Counted from the first letter of the stretch, positions 26,538 to 39,400 are shown. The stretch: DNA of 64,000 bases from Camelus ferus (GCF_009834535.1 NC_045696.1:54500001-54564000); one strand, 5' to 3'. The notes: a model not told the origin generated them from the sequence alone. Numbers and translations: made by a program.

Positions 26538-27385
26538 ATTATCTAGCAATCCCACTTTTGAGTATATATCCAAAAGAAATGAAATCATTAACTCCAAGTG
26601 GTATCTGTATGCCCATATTCATTGCAGCATTATTCAAAATTGCCAAAGTTTGGAACAAACCGTCTGTCAGCGGATGAACAGATCAAGAAAATATGGTGTA
26701 TCCATATACAGACAATGAGGTATTGTCACTCAGCTTTAAGAAAGAAGGAAATCTTATCACTTGCAACAACACAGATAAATCAAGAGGGCATTACGCTAAG
26801 TGAAATAAGCCAGATAGAGAAAGACAAACACCATATGGTATCAGTTATATGCAGAATCTATATAAATGGCTCATTTATGGAAACAGAGTAAGGTTGCCTG
26901 GAAAAATAGGGAAAGGTTGGTAAAAGGATGCAAAGTTTCAGTTTTAAGATGAATAAGGTCTGAGGATTTAATGTATAACATGGTGATTACAGCTGATAAC
27001 ATTGTATTGTAAAATTGAAAAAATTTTCCCAGTCCTTTTCCTTTTCTTAACAAAACTACTAAACAAATGTGTACAGGAGAGGAAAACTGATATTTGCAAA
27101 CTCTGTGCCATAAACAGGCATCTCAATAATGCCATGTCCAACAGTCATGTGCAAGTCATTAACATCAGGTAGACAATTCTTAGTTTGAGAAACTTGCTAA
27201 GAGAATAGAAATTAAATATTCTAACACAAAAAAGGCAAACATGTGAGCTGATGGATGGGTTAATTAACTTAATGGGGCAAAATCCTTTCACAATGTATAT
27301 ACATATATTAAATCATCATCATATTGTATACTTTAAATCTTATAATTTTATTTATCAGTTATACCTCAATAAAGCAGAGAAAAAA
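26538..27385 (+). mobile_element. L1MA9-like 3' fragment, interrupted by a ~170-bp insert
   Basis: ORF2-end motifs ('gcaatcccacttttgagtatatatccaaaagaaatgaaatca') and 3' terminus 'ttatacctcaataaagcagagaaaaaa'. Confidence 0.85.
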
Positions 27386-27844
27386 TAATGGAATGCAAGA
27401 AAGCTAATTAATAAAACACTAGAGCCAGCAAATGTCCCAGATGTCAGGATAAAGTGGTAAATTTCTTAAGTTCAGGCCAAAAAAAGACAATTTCTGGCAA
27501 AATTCTAGGAAGTCATTAAATAATGATTTTTGAATATGTGCTTGTTAGTGAATTCAACATTAATTAATGCATCTATGTATCTACTCTGATGAAGCATACG
27601 TTACGTTTAGAAATCAGTAACCACCAGGTGTCAATAGGTAACTCAATAAAGTAATGTCAAAGCTCAGAAATAGAATGCTTGAGTAGTAAAACAGGGCACT
27701 GCCACAAAGAATCCTGTGTTACTGATTTCAGCGGTAAATTTTACTTTGTCTCCTTTGATATCCTAAAAATAAGTTGGTGAAATGTGATCCTTGATTCTAA
27801 TTGCACTTGAAAAAAGTTCTTTTCCCATTCAATATTCAATACCT

Positions 27845-28010
27845 TGTCAAATTTGCAGCTGGCACAAAGCTGAAAGCAATATCTAGTATACCAGAAGATG
27901 GGAGCTAGACTCAAAATAATCTTGACAGGCTGGAATACTTGGCTGAAACCAACAAGATTAAACGTAATAGGAATAAGTATAAAATACTGTATTTGGCTGT
28001 AAACAAAATT
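27845..28010 (+). mobile_element. CR1/L3 LINE reverse-transcriptase fragment
   Basis: 'aaatttgcagctggcacaaagctg...aataatcttgacaggctggaatacttggctgaaaccaacaagattaaa' approximates the CR1 motif KFADDTKL...DLDRLE.WA..N.M.F. Confidence 0.75.
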
Positions 28011-28034
28011 TTTAAACAGGATGCAGAAAGCAAT

Positions 28035-28600
28035 AACTGTTAAAGAAAAATAACATGGTAAACTTCATCAAAATTAGAAACTATGTTCATCAAAAGACAA
28101 AGAGAAAGAAAAATACCATATGATATCACTTATATGTGGAATCTAAAAAAAAAAGACAAACTTATTTACAAAACAGAAACGGACTCACAGACATAGAAAA
28201 CAAACTTATGGTTACCAGGAGGGGGAAGGGGGTGGGAAAGGATAAATTGGGAGTTAGAGATTTGCATCTAATAACTACTACATACAAAATAGATAAACAA
28301 CAAGTTTATACTGTATAGCACAGGGAACTATATTCAATATCTTGTAATAACTTATAGTTAAAAAGAATATGAAAACAAATAGATGTATGTTCCTATATGA
28401 CTGAAGTACAGTACTAAACACTAGAAATTGACACAACATTGTAAACTGGCTATAATTCAATAAAAATACATTAAAAAAAAAGAAAAAAATACAATAGGCA
28501 GACCATGGACTGGAAGGAAATATTCACATAGCATATATCTGACAAAGGATTGGCAACCAGGATACAAAAAGAACATGTACAACTCAATAAAAGTAACTGC
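28035..28600 (+). mobile_element. Old L1M ORF2 fragment split by a younger L1
   Basis: 'cttcatcaaaattagaaactatgttcatcaaaagaca' before 28099, continuing as 'gactggaaggaaatattcacatagcatatatctgacaaagga' after 28490. Confidence 0.7.
28099..28489 (+). mobile_element. Young L1 3' UTR fragment with A-rich tail
   Basis: 'aaataccatatgatatcacttatatgtggaatct...tgacacaacattgtaaactggctataattcaataaaaat' plus A tail; same family as 22883-23510. Confidence 0.9.
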
Positions 28601-29066
28601 AACTTATTTGAAATTATATTAGATGACACACCAGAAATTGATGCATAGACAGAGGAATGAATAAATGCAGAAGTGATAAAGCAATTTTGCAAAATGTTAA
28701 TTACAGAATACAGGTAATGAGAATATGAGTGTTTACAGTTTTTTCAACTTTTTCAAATTTTTTGTATGTTGGAAAATTTCATAATAAAATCTTGAGGAAT
28801 AAGGGTATAATTATATAAGTTGTAGAAACTACGTCACTTATAGAAATTTTAAATGTAAAAGAGAGGTTACAAAAGTATGTAAGATTCTGTGTGTGTATCC
28901 TACTGTGTGTAATGGGAAAAAATGGACAAGAAATAGTTTAACAGAGGTTTTCATGGAATAGGCAGAGACAGAGGGAGAGGGGAAGTAATTTTTCAGTTTT
29001 ACTTACTTGTTTTTCCCAGCTGTCTTACAGTGAAGGTGAATTGTTTGTATATTTTCAAAATCATTA

Positions 29067-29423
29067 TTTTTTTTTCTTTTTTTTTTTTTTTAAATTGAAG
29101 TATCGTCCGTTTACAATGTTGTGTCAATTTCTGGTATGCAGCATAATAGTTCAGTTATACATGTACATGCATATATTCTTTTCCATTATAGGTTACTACA
29201 AAATATTTAATATAGTTCCCTGTGCTACGCAGCATAAACTTGTTTATCTGTTTTACATACAGTAGTCAGTATCTGCAAATCTTAAAATCCCAATTTATCC
29301 CTTCCCATCCCCTTCCCCCGACCAGTAACCATAAATGTTTTCTATGTCTGTCAGTCTGTTCCTGTATTGTATATAAGTTCATTTGTCTTGTTTTTTTTTA
29401 AAGATTTCACATATAAGTGATAT
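29067..29423 (-). mobile_element. Young L1 3' UTR fragment (antisense), T tail at left
   Basis: Poly-T followed by 'aattgaagtatcgtccgtttacaatgttgtgtcaatttctgg...agatttcacatataagtgatat'; reverse complement of the 28099 family. Confidence 0.9.
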
Positions 29424-29619
29424 ATTTTTAAATGAAATGTTTCCATATTTTGAAGAAAAAGAGATGTAGTTCGCAGGATTTGTCCGTTTATTGGCAACAG
29501 TAATGGCCATGCAAACAGAGGGCAGATGTGTTTGGTCTTGGTAACTGGCTATGGGGGACCAGGTAGATGAACAAATTGTAAATAAGAGAACAGTGGGAAA
29601 GTAAAATATGTAAGGGACA

Positions 29620-29985
29620 CTACCTGTCTCAGCACCATCCCGACACATAGCACTCCTCTCATTTATTTGAACACAACAACACTTTCCCCTTTCAGGTCTT
29701 TACTTTCCTGCCTATTATATGCTTCCTCTCCTCTGTCTTCTTGTCTAATTTTACTCATCCTTCAGATCTCACTTCCCTACCAAAGAATTCTAAAACTTCC
29801 CAAACTAATTTAGGACACTCAGTCACAGCTTTTCATAGCACATGACATTTTCGTAGCATTTATGATAACAAGAGCATTGTTTATTATCAGTCATCCTCAC
29901 TAGAATGGATGTTTGTTCACTGCAACTGAGTACCCAGAGTAGTGGCTGCCACATTAGAGGGATTCAGTAAGTATTATTAAATAAA
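29620..29985 (+). mobile_element. L2 LINE 3' fragment
   Basis: 'tactcatccttcagatctca...tttgttcactgcaactgagtacccagagtagtggctgccacattag...cagtaagtattattaaat'. Confidence 0.65.
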
Positions 29986-30554
29986 GTTACTGAGTTTAGT
30001 TACAGACACGTTAAATTTACATCAGTAAAAGGATGCCAAGCTGGTAATGTTCAGCCAGACTCTAAAGATCTGTATCTGCAGTTAATAAGAAGTAATGGAA
30101 CTAGAGGTGAGGTTTTGGGTAGCATCAGAAAGAAAGCATTTAGTGATCTGAGAGTGAAAGGAAAAGGTATGTAAAGAAAAGGGCAGGTGACTGAGGATCC
30201 AACCAATCTGGTTGATTTCATTATCATTTCCCCTTTATCTTCTTTTATCTTAATCTACTTGCATCTTTTTATCTTATTCTTACTTGTAGTGGAGGCAGGG
30301 TGCCAGCTTAACTAGCACTAAATTAACTAAAGCCTAAAGCATGTGAAGCAATGATCAGCTCCAGGACAAGCTGCTTCAGATCTTGGCAGCTTAGACTTGG
30401 CTTCTAGCTCCTCTACTTTTCTGCATGGCTAGGAAAGATAGGCAGCAAATGTAGGAGCAGACTCTTAGATAGCACCGTTCCAATACCGTGGAAATGCCAG
30501 GAACTCAGAGCCTCCTCCTCTCACAGCCAACAGATTGATTATTCTATTTAAGAT

Positions 30555-31080
30555 GTTCATTCCATAAGTATTTATTAAATGCCTATTATGAATCAATCAT
30601 TGGCTTAGTAATAAAGGTCCCTGTTCCTAATGGAGGTCATGTTACGGTGGGCCAAGAGACCATAAGTATATAAACGAACAAGTTTTCAAATACAAATTTA
30701 AGATGCCATTAAGGGTTGTGGGGAGAGCCACGCAACAAAGAAAATATGAGAGGGGATGGTCATGGAGGCACCCCATATGACATTTCACCTGAAAACCAAC
30801 AAGATGAGACAGAATCAGTTTTGTGAAGGGAGATGGAAAACGTTTCAGGTAGAAGGAGCAGCCTATGAAAGGCTTGAGGCAGAAAATTACTAAAAGTATT
30901 TGAGGACCTGAAAGCAGCCCAGTTACAGAAGCAGAATAGCAGAGAAGAAAAGTTAGATTTGCGATGGAGGTAGGGATCCGAATCCTTCAGAGCTCCATGA
31001 CTGTGCCTATTAACACTGGATGTCAGAGGAGCATCACTCGGAAACCACAGGTGGCTTTAAGTACAGAAGTGCCATGATCC
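30555..31080 (-). mobile_element. L2 LINE 3' fragment
   Basis: 'ttcattccataagtatttattaaatgcctatta...aaggtccctgttcctaatggaggtcatgt...tttcaggtagaaggagcagcctatgaaaggcttgaggcag'. Confidence 0.7.
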
Positions 31081-34000
31081 AAGGGAGCGACCTTATATCT
31101 CAACACAAGTCTTCCAAGTGGCTGGGCCCTACATTTTTTGCTGGCTGGTTGATTTTTGTTTAATATTTTTTCCCCTAAGTGCCCTGAGCCTGTTGAGGAC
31201 TTTCCTCTTACTTGTATGCCAAACCAGTCTCTACATTACAAGTTAGAGAGCTTATCAACCAAATCCATAAAGGCGGAAACTGAAAGGAATTTGAACCATG
31301 TAGTGATGATAAAATAAGAAACAACATGTCAGCACTTAGTACTTGTTTTATCTTACTTTAATGAGTCATTTAAAAAAAATTTAAACCTGTTATTTATGTG
31401 CTGATGGCTCAAAGAAAGGCAAGAGACTTTATAAAGGGATAAAAAAGAGCCCAAGACATTGCATTGCTTTTGACATATACCTAACAGAGAAGGTTGTTAA
31501 ATACTAGAATAAGTTCCCAAGAGCTTCTTCCTGAGGCCATTAGAAATCAGAGACTCATTTGTCTGGAATAATTGTGAGGCTGCCACGTCTAAAAGAAAAA
31601 AAGATAGACTGGATTTTCTGTCAAGTTTCTCCTGAGACGAACAGTCCAATAGTCTCCAAGAGATTCTCATAACTAACAGGTTGTAGAGTAAAGAGAGATC
31701 AGAACCTGGAAAATTAGCAGGTGATTCACAGATATGAACTGACTTCTTGGTTGAGAGTGCTGGGAAGGGGGGTATCTGAGTAACGGTGAAAATCTATTTT
31801 TAACAATAACCATTTATACATAAGGTGCACTCCAGGTAACAGTGTGTAATGTTCTCAGCCACCATAAGTCAAATTGAATTTAACGTGCTCTAAAGAACAC
31901 ATTACACATGAAAGATGTGGACACCAGGATCAGATAAGTTAAAGTTACCAGGAGGCAGACAGTGGAAGAAGAGAGGGCCAGCCACGATACAGAAACAATT
32001 GAGTGCTGGGGGTAAGGCTGGCCAAGTAGGATGGTGAAAGCAATGAGACAGGCAGCACAAGATGGAAGATGGAGCCCAAGGTGGCAGTAGCTCCCTTGGA
32101 AGAAACCTGCCCACTGGCACCGGCAATACACTGCCAGCCAAGCAGGGGACGGCTCAATGGAAAACATCTAAATCAGGTCAGTCCAGCCCACTGGCAGCAA
32201 GGCAAGCCAGTCCAGGCAGAGCCAAAGGCAGAATCAGTCTACCCAGAAGAACATGAGATGGGCAATATCCACAGCATGGGTTTAACGGAAGCCCACCAAC
32301 TGGCAAGCTAACACATCTGAGCAGAACGGATCAGTGTGCAAAAGCCAAGAGATGTGATTTGAGCTGTGCCAAGTGAGCAGAAGGGTCTCTGAGGGAGTAT
32401 CAGCTTCCTATCAACCAGGAGCCCTCTGGCATCATGAGAGCTACATATACACGGCCAAGTGTGGTGGGGTAGGGATCGTGGCAGTAGGCATGTAGGATGC
32501 ACAGAACGAACAGCTAAACTACTACAGTGGAAGCCCATAGGACCCATGCGTCCTGCTGCCCAACAGCCAAGCACAGCCTGAAAGACTGGAAGAGCACTGG
32601 ACAAGGAGTCAGAAAGTCCTGGTTCCAACTCTATTTTTGCCAAATGATCTTGGATAGAAATTCTGTCTTGAGAGCCCAACTCCTTCTTGTCATCTAGGAA
32701 CTTCAGCTCTCCTTCCTAAAATGGAATTCCAAACGCAAACTGAGACTGGAGTGTCCCCCACACTCATAGTCCTCCCTAATGCCATCATTCCTCTCTGAGA
32801 TCCCCAGCTGCCTAACCATCTAAGGAAAGGCTGGTTTTGTCTTTCGCCCTCATGCACGTTCTTCCTTCTGCTTTTCAGTCTATGCTCTTGCATACATTAT
32901 CTGAGGGCCTGAACTAGTCCCCATGACCCATACTTGGGGTATCCTTTACCGGAACCCACATCACCTCCATGGGCGCAACAAAATCCAGGCTGGGGTCATT
33001 CCAGTTTGGCCTATTTCATGAAATAAAGTCACCTGTGCTTCAGGGTCAAGGTACAGCGTTTTAAGGTTCTCCATTCCCATGCCTACCAGGAAGCTTACGA
33101 CTAAAACAAAACGTAAGCAAAGTCACAGCCCCCAAAGTAAAATCATTTCTTATTATCTGGGCCTATTGTAATTTAAATGCCCATTTGCCCTTTTAAGACC
33201 ACAGTCTATTAAGGCAAAAGTGTCCGTTCCCTTTAAATTCATAATGTAAAAACTTTTTATGATAATCTGATTCTCTCCAGTAAAAACATGGCAAAGATGA
33301 AACTACTCTTGATAAATCCGCGTTACATGTAATCACCAAAGACAAGATCCTTCCGGAGCAGCGATAAACTCACTTTCATAACCACGAGGGGGAACATCCC
33401 TTATTGTTCTCTGAAGGCGATCTCCCCTCCTCTCCTCCACTCTTTTCCTTTTGCTTCACTGCCGTTTAGCTCCTTTTCCTCCCTCCTTCCCTTACAATGC
33501 CCCCCACATTTACACCAAGTAAGAAGTACTCTGCTCGTGTGCCTCATGCGTTATGTTTCATTTCACATTTGGCTGGAGGAGGAGGGGTTCTTTTTGTATT
33601 CATTGTCTGTACTAGGTTCCTTCTGCTGCATCCTTCAGTAGTGCCAGAGCCTAAGAGACAGAGGTTGTCTGGGTCTTTGGCAGAACAATTCTCTGAGGAA
33701 ACTGGGGAAATTCTAGAAAGGAAACGAAAGAGAAAGTGGCCAAGGTTACAAAGAGATCTCCACATGAGAGCACTGTTTATGAAACCTTAACTTTCAATGG
33801 GTCTAAACCAATGAGGGCTGTCTCAACGACATGCAAAATTACTCGACCCTTATGTCAGGATTCCCTACACATGGCATGATGAGACAGATAAGCCACCATG
33901 AATCAGGCCAACTACAATTTAGGTATCTTCTGACACGGCCACAGTCCTGTGGACCAACTTCAGAGATCAAGAAGAGTTAAGAGGAATACCACCATGACTG

Positions 34001-36151
34001 CAGAAGTGAATTCTTGAGTTGAGAAGATTATCACCTAGATTATTTTTTTATTTCTACTTGAAGTACAAATTTGAAGATTTTTCTTATTTGTACTCTTTTC
34101 TCTTATCCTCTACACTACTTATCTCCTGTGAGCTGACAAAACCATTACTTAAGAGATAGGGCTTCAAGATTGCATTCTTACATTCCTTCTGAAATCTCCA
34201 AGAGTTTAGGTAACATGAATTACTGTCAGGTTTTTTTTCATAACAGTACTAAGAATAAACTTCAAACCATGGGCAGGATACTGTATTTCTAACAGAATTC
34301 TTTCAAGAGTCATGTTAATATTTTCATTACAAATAGCATAGATACAAAGATTCTATCATTCTCCACCCCACCCTTCTGACCTCCCAAAATCCTGTCCCAG
34401 CTAGTCCTCTTTTATTGTAAGACCAGGCAAGGCTCAGTGTCTGCTCTGACTTTGTTTCAAATAACAAATTCACCTAGACTTATGCTAGAAAGCCTACCTA
34501 GAATCACAGAAATGACAATGATGTTGGTTGCATGACTACTGGCTCTGTCCAGCACAAGCTCTGAGGTAAGGGTACCAGGAAATCCCAGGGTTTGCCTTCC
34601 CTTCTGCATTGATTTACAAGAATAAATCCCAGCTTTGATGTAGAGAATATTAGAGATGAGATAAAAATTGCTGGTGTGGTTCAAACAAAATGGGGGAAGA
34701 GATGAATCAAAAGAAATATTCTGTATATCTGCCGTGAAAAAGTAAAATGCCTATGTTTATGTACATGATTTGTATCTTAATACATTATTGGCTTTAAGTT
34801 CTTCTGTGATTCCCTAAAACTAGATCAACATACTGATCAGGCTTCTGTGGTCTGGACCTAGCTTTCTTCCCAGAGCTAACAGTGTTCTCACACCTTCCCT
34901 GTGCCTACCGCTCTCCATGTGTGCACTGTGGCCATAGGACCTTTATTCAGTTCCTCAAAATACCTTCCTTGTATTCTCTCTGCCCATTTCCCTCTGAAAG
35001 GTTCCCCACTGGTTGACTAACTTCTACTCATGTTTCCCGCTTCCTCTTTGAGTTCATTTTTCTGGTTATGTTGTATTTGTTTTTCTATCTGCTCTCTCCT
35101 TCCATAGTGTCTCTCCATCCCAGTACTGATAGCAGATGCCAGGTTAATACCTGTCCCCTCTGGGGTATAAAGGAAAGATGACATCTGTCCTATGTACCTC
35201 TGTACCAGCTTGTTATTTGTAACATTCTTTTTAGAGAATAGACACAGGCATCCCCTGCATGCCTCAAATGCCTCAAAAAACACCCATTTACTGTGATCAG
35301 GGGAACTAATCTAAGCTGGAGAAGCAGCAGTCAGGCAACCATGCCTCTTGGGGCAGGAGAGAGTCTGTTTATGAAGTGTGATGCATAGGAACCATTTCTT
35401 GTCCACATCTCCTAGGAGCAGGGTAGGGGGCGACTATTGCTTGGGCTTAGGAAACGAAAGGAAGTAACTGTACAAAGTGTTGAGAAACCAGCACAGGAAT
35501 AATCAGATTATTATTTAATCTTATCTTGAATAGAGAGTAAAAGACATTTTGCTGAAAAGACCCTTGTGGCTGAATTGTCTCTCATTTCTGAATGTTTGTT
35601 CACTGTGATTAAAAATAACTAATTAATGAATTAGAGTGAGGGAAAAGAGAAGAAGATCCTCCACTCCAACTAATTTCCTAAAGCAGTCTAGTATCCAACA
35701 TGCTGCTTTTCATGTAACAGGTACTCAGGAAACATCAGCTGATCACATCAGTGTTGAAACACATGTTATAAAGAATCCAAATTATCAAACATACATTACA
35801 TATATTATTTGTTCTACCTTAATGATACCGTCACCTTATCAGAATGAGTAGATTGTTTTGATAATGCTTTTCTTAAGGTCTGTATCACTTTCCACCTCAA
35901 AACCAACTGTGGCCAACCACGGCACACAGAACATATGCCTGTTGACTTAGTGGCACTACAAAATCCCCAGAATAATTTGAAATATTAGTATCTGAAAGGT
36001 GAAATCAGTATGATTCTAAGTCCTGTTACCGGCGCTGGAAAGCAGAAAGAAGGAAGTCAAAAGAAGTGGTGGTGTCAGAGTAGGCATTAGCTGTAGGCGA
36101 GGTCAAAGTCCCTGCAGTACAGCAGTAAAGGACATCTAAACGATGCAGCGT

Positions 36152-36192
36152 TCTCTCTCTCTCTCTCTCTCTCTCTCACACTCACACACACA

Positions 36193-36235
<43 letters not shown>

Positions 36236-36363
36236 ACTCTCTCTCTCACACTCACACACACACACACTCTCTCTCTCTCTCACTCACACACACACACTCT
36301 CTCTCTCTCTCTCTCTCTCACACACACCACACACACACTCTCTCTCTCTCACACACACACACA

Positions 36364-36455
<92 letters not shown>
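36152..36455. repeat. Compound (TC)n/(CA)n microsatellite, ~300 bp
   Basis: Alternating TC and CA blocks seen directly. Confidence 0.97.
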
Positions 36456-36457
<2 letters not shown>

Positions 36458-39400
36458 AAGGAACACCAGTGACTCTGCCTGCCTCTTCGAGGGCCTTGCT
36501 GCCTCAACTTCAGTGCTGCAGATCTAGAGCTATATAACTTGGTTGGTTTATTTCCAGGAAATGTCTCTTGTTTGTGGGATCCACTGCTACAGGGTCACAG
36601 CCCTACTCAGAGACCCCTCTGGGGTCTTTTGCCACAGGACACACTAATCCCTGACGTGTCCCACCACCAGGGATAAACCAGTCCTCCTGACACTTGATCC
36701 ACAAAGACTCACTTTACTTTCTACAATCTGTCTCAAACATATCTTACTTGACGATCCCAGCCAGCTGCAGGCCCTGAGTCTCCCGTCAGGGCTGGGTACA
36801 CCAGGGTGAAGTCTCTCTCCCGCTGCTGCGTTGTTGGGTATTCCCTCCACACAACAGTACTGTCATTGAAGCAGATTTACAGCCACGGAAACCTGACTTT
36901 GGAATATCACCGTGTCTGGGATCTGTACTGTCACAAGCATTGCTGTTCCGTGACATTGGATGTTCTGCCCTGTGAGACCTGGTCCCACCTGTGACAACTA
37001 GCATCATTCACACAAGACTATGATGGTCTGCAATGATGTGCATACATTCACGTTGGGGGGGGGGGCAGGGGATGCTGCTACCTTCTGCCTCCAGTCTCCA
37101 GGGAAGACTGCAACCAAATCAGTTTCTTGGGCCCCCACAACCCAAACCAGATTTCCAAGGGAGTGAAAGCTGCTTAGAGCAGCGTGTAAATTCATGGCAA
37201 GAAGCAATAAAGGTGAGTTTTATACATTCCCATTATTGCTTCTGCGTCTTTGCAATAATGTTTATTGACATGTTTGAACGAAGCACAAGCTGCAGTTCAG
37301 TTCAACTGCCTGTGAAAATGGGACATTTGTCAAGAAACAAACCTCGCAGTTTTTAGTGGCTCTGACAGTGGGTATTAGAAAAGATATTGATGGGAAGAGA
37401 GAGACAGTAGGCAGGCCGAGGGGAGAGTGCAAAGAAGGATGCTCAGCACAGATGCCTGCCGTGGAGGAAGAGGGGATGGCCGAGGAGGTAAATGTGAACA
37501 CTACACACATTGAGTGACTACCGACTGCCTTGAAGTAGATGCCCTTGTGTGGGGAACACCAACAAAAGCTCCCCTTGTCCCCAGAGCAAGGGCTCTACAG
37601 TGATGCTTTCATTCACGATCTGATTCCTCCTTTGCTCTCCCCCACCCCCACAGTCTATCTCTGATAATAATCCAGTTCTTAAGAGTGTGTGTATCGCTCT
37701 GTTCTGCGGGGTTCTCAGGAACTAGAAAGTGAGCACAGCGACTACTTAGCACACAACTTGCATGTAGTCATGCAGTCAGTTACTCAGGAATTCACAGGGA
37801 ACACACTCACTGTGGGCACGGGGCACCGAGTGAGGTGTCCGGGCTGGGCACGGACCTTCCCCTCAAGGAATCCACAGTCTAGGAGCAGAACTGCTGCACT
37901 CATTAACAGTCCAGAACAGATCACCCATCCCGAGGGACATGAGTTATTTCATGGTGTTATTCTCATTTTCCCTTCACCAACGACCAAATGACTAGTTAAA
38001 TGTTGGGGACAAGGTAGGCATTTAATAGATACTAACTCATATCCCAAGTATGAATGTATTTCCAATGTTCAAGGCAAAAAAAAAAAAAAATAAAAGCTAC
38101 TAACAGCTCTTTTCTTGTTTAAATCAGCGCTCCAGCCTCTCAGTCATTCACTGACAGTGGCATGGCCCTCCCTGCAGCCAAACTGCCCAATTCCCATGAC
38201 CACTTTCCAGTCTATACTGCCTGGCCCTAGTGAATCCATCACCAGGAGGTGCCCCCATCCTCCCGAAGCTCATCAACAGGTAGGACAGCTATGACCCACA
38301 CTTACTCCAGGTGAAAGTTTTACTCTTTGGATATACAATATAAAAAAGCAAGTGAATAACACTATCTAATGGACAGCAGTTCATGACAATGGACTGCATT
38401 GCGCTTATGATGCCAGAGCATAAGATTAAAACTGTTTTGTTCTGGAAATGTCATCACAACCTATCAAAAAAGTCAGAATGACTAGTTGTATTCCTGGGAA
38501 TCACATATGCTAGGACCTCAACTCCAAGTTGGCATTCATTTCTGGCAACCCTGAGTCAACAAAATTCCAAAGTTATAATTTTGCTTAAATCCTTCAATAA
38601 TGTACTTTTCCACCTCGATCTTAATCTTCTCTTTCTCCTGCCTCTCTAAGCCCACAGCTTAGCATTTCACTTAAGACTTGCAAAAGCTCTGGTTTGTTTG
38701 CTATCTTTTCCTTCCCAGAGCTCTTTGTAAGTAAATCAAACCCATCTCCATGATACCATACACCACATTTAGGAGATGGACTCTCAGAGTGTAAGAGAGG
38801 TGTTGGTTTAACAGAGTTGTTCATAATGTTGTGGGTATCAAGGTACTTACAAAGCATACTACTTGCTGATGACATCTAAGATCTAGTTTTATCCATTTTT
38901 CATGGTCGGCAAGAATGCTACAGTGTTGATAAAGTTCTAAACTTGTTTCAATGACTGCAATAGCACAGAGAGGAGCTTCTCTTTACTTGGTACCCATCTC
39001 CCTCCTCATGGTGGGCCCTATAACCTCTCCCCATTTTTATGCAGCTCACATTCAATTTTGAGTTTGGCTTAGCAAATAGAAGTGGCTTCTTTATTAATAT
39101 AGTGATGCCTTTAATGCTTATTTTGGAAGGCATTATGTATTGGATGAATGTGTATGTGTCTGTTGGTAAGAATTTCCAAGTGTGCACATATGTGTGAAAG
39201 TTAGAGAGAGAAGTGAATAGAAACGGAGGAAGAGCAAGGGAGGGGATGGAGGAGAGAATGAGAAGGAGCATGTTGATCAGAAATAACCTGGCTCAGAAAA
39301 AAGTAATTTACTGATAAATCATTATCCATTTAGAGGTAACCAGTGTCAGCAAAAGCTGCCTTAAATTAATCTATCTGCCGATCCTTTCAGACTTCTTATT

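Noticed and set aside
36143..36472. 109-aa Ser/Leu/His/Thr ORF
   Set aside because: Translation of the (TC)n(CA)n microsatellite.
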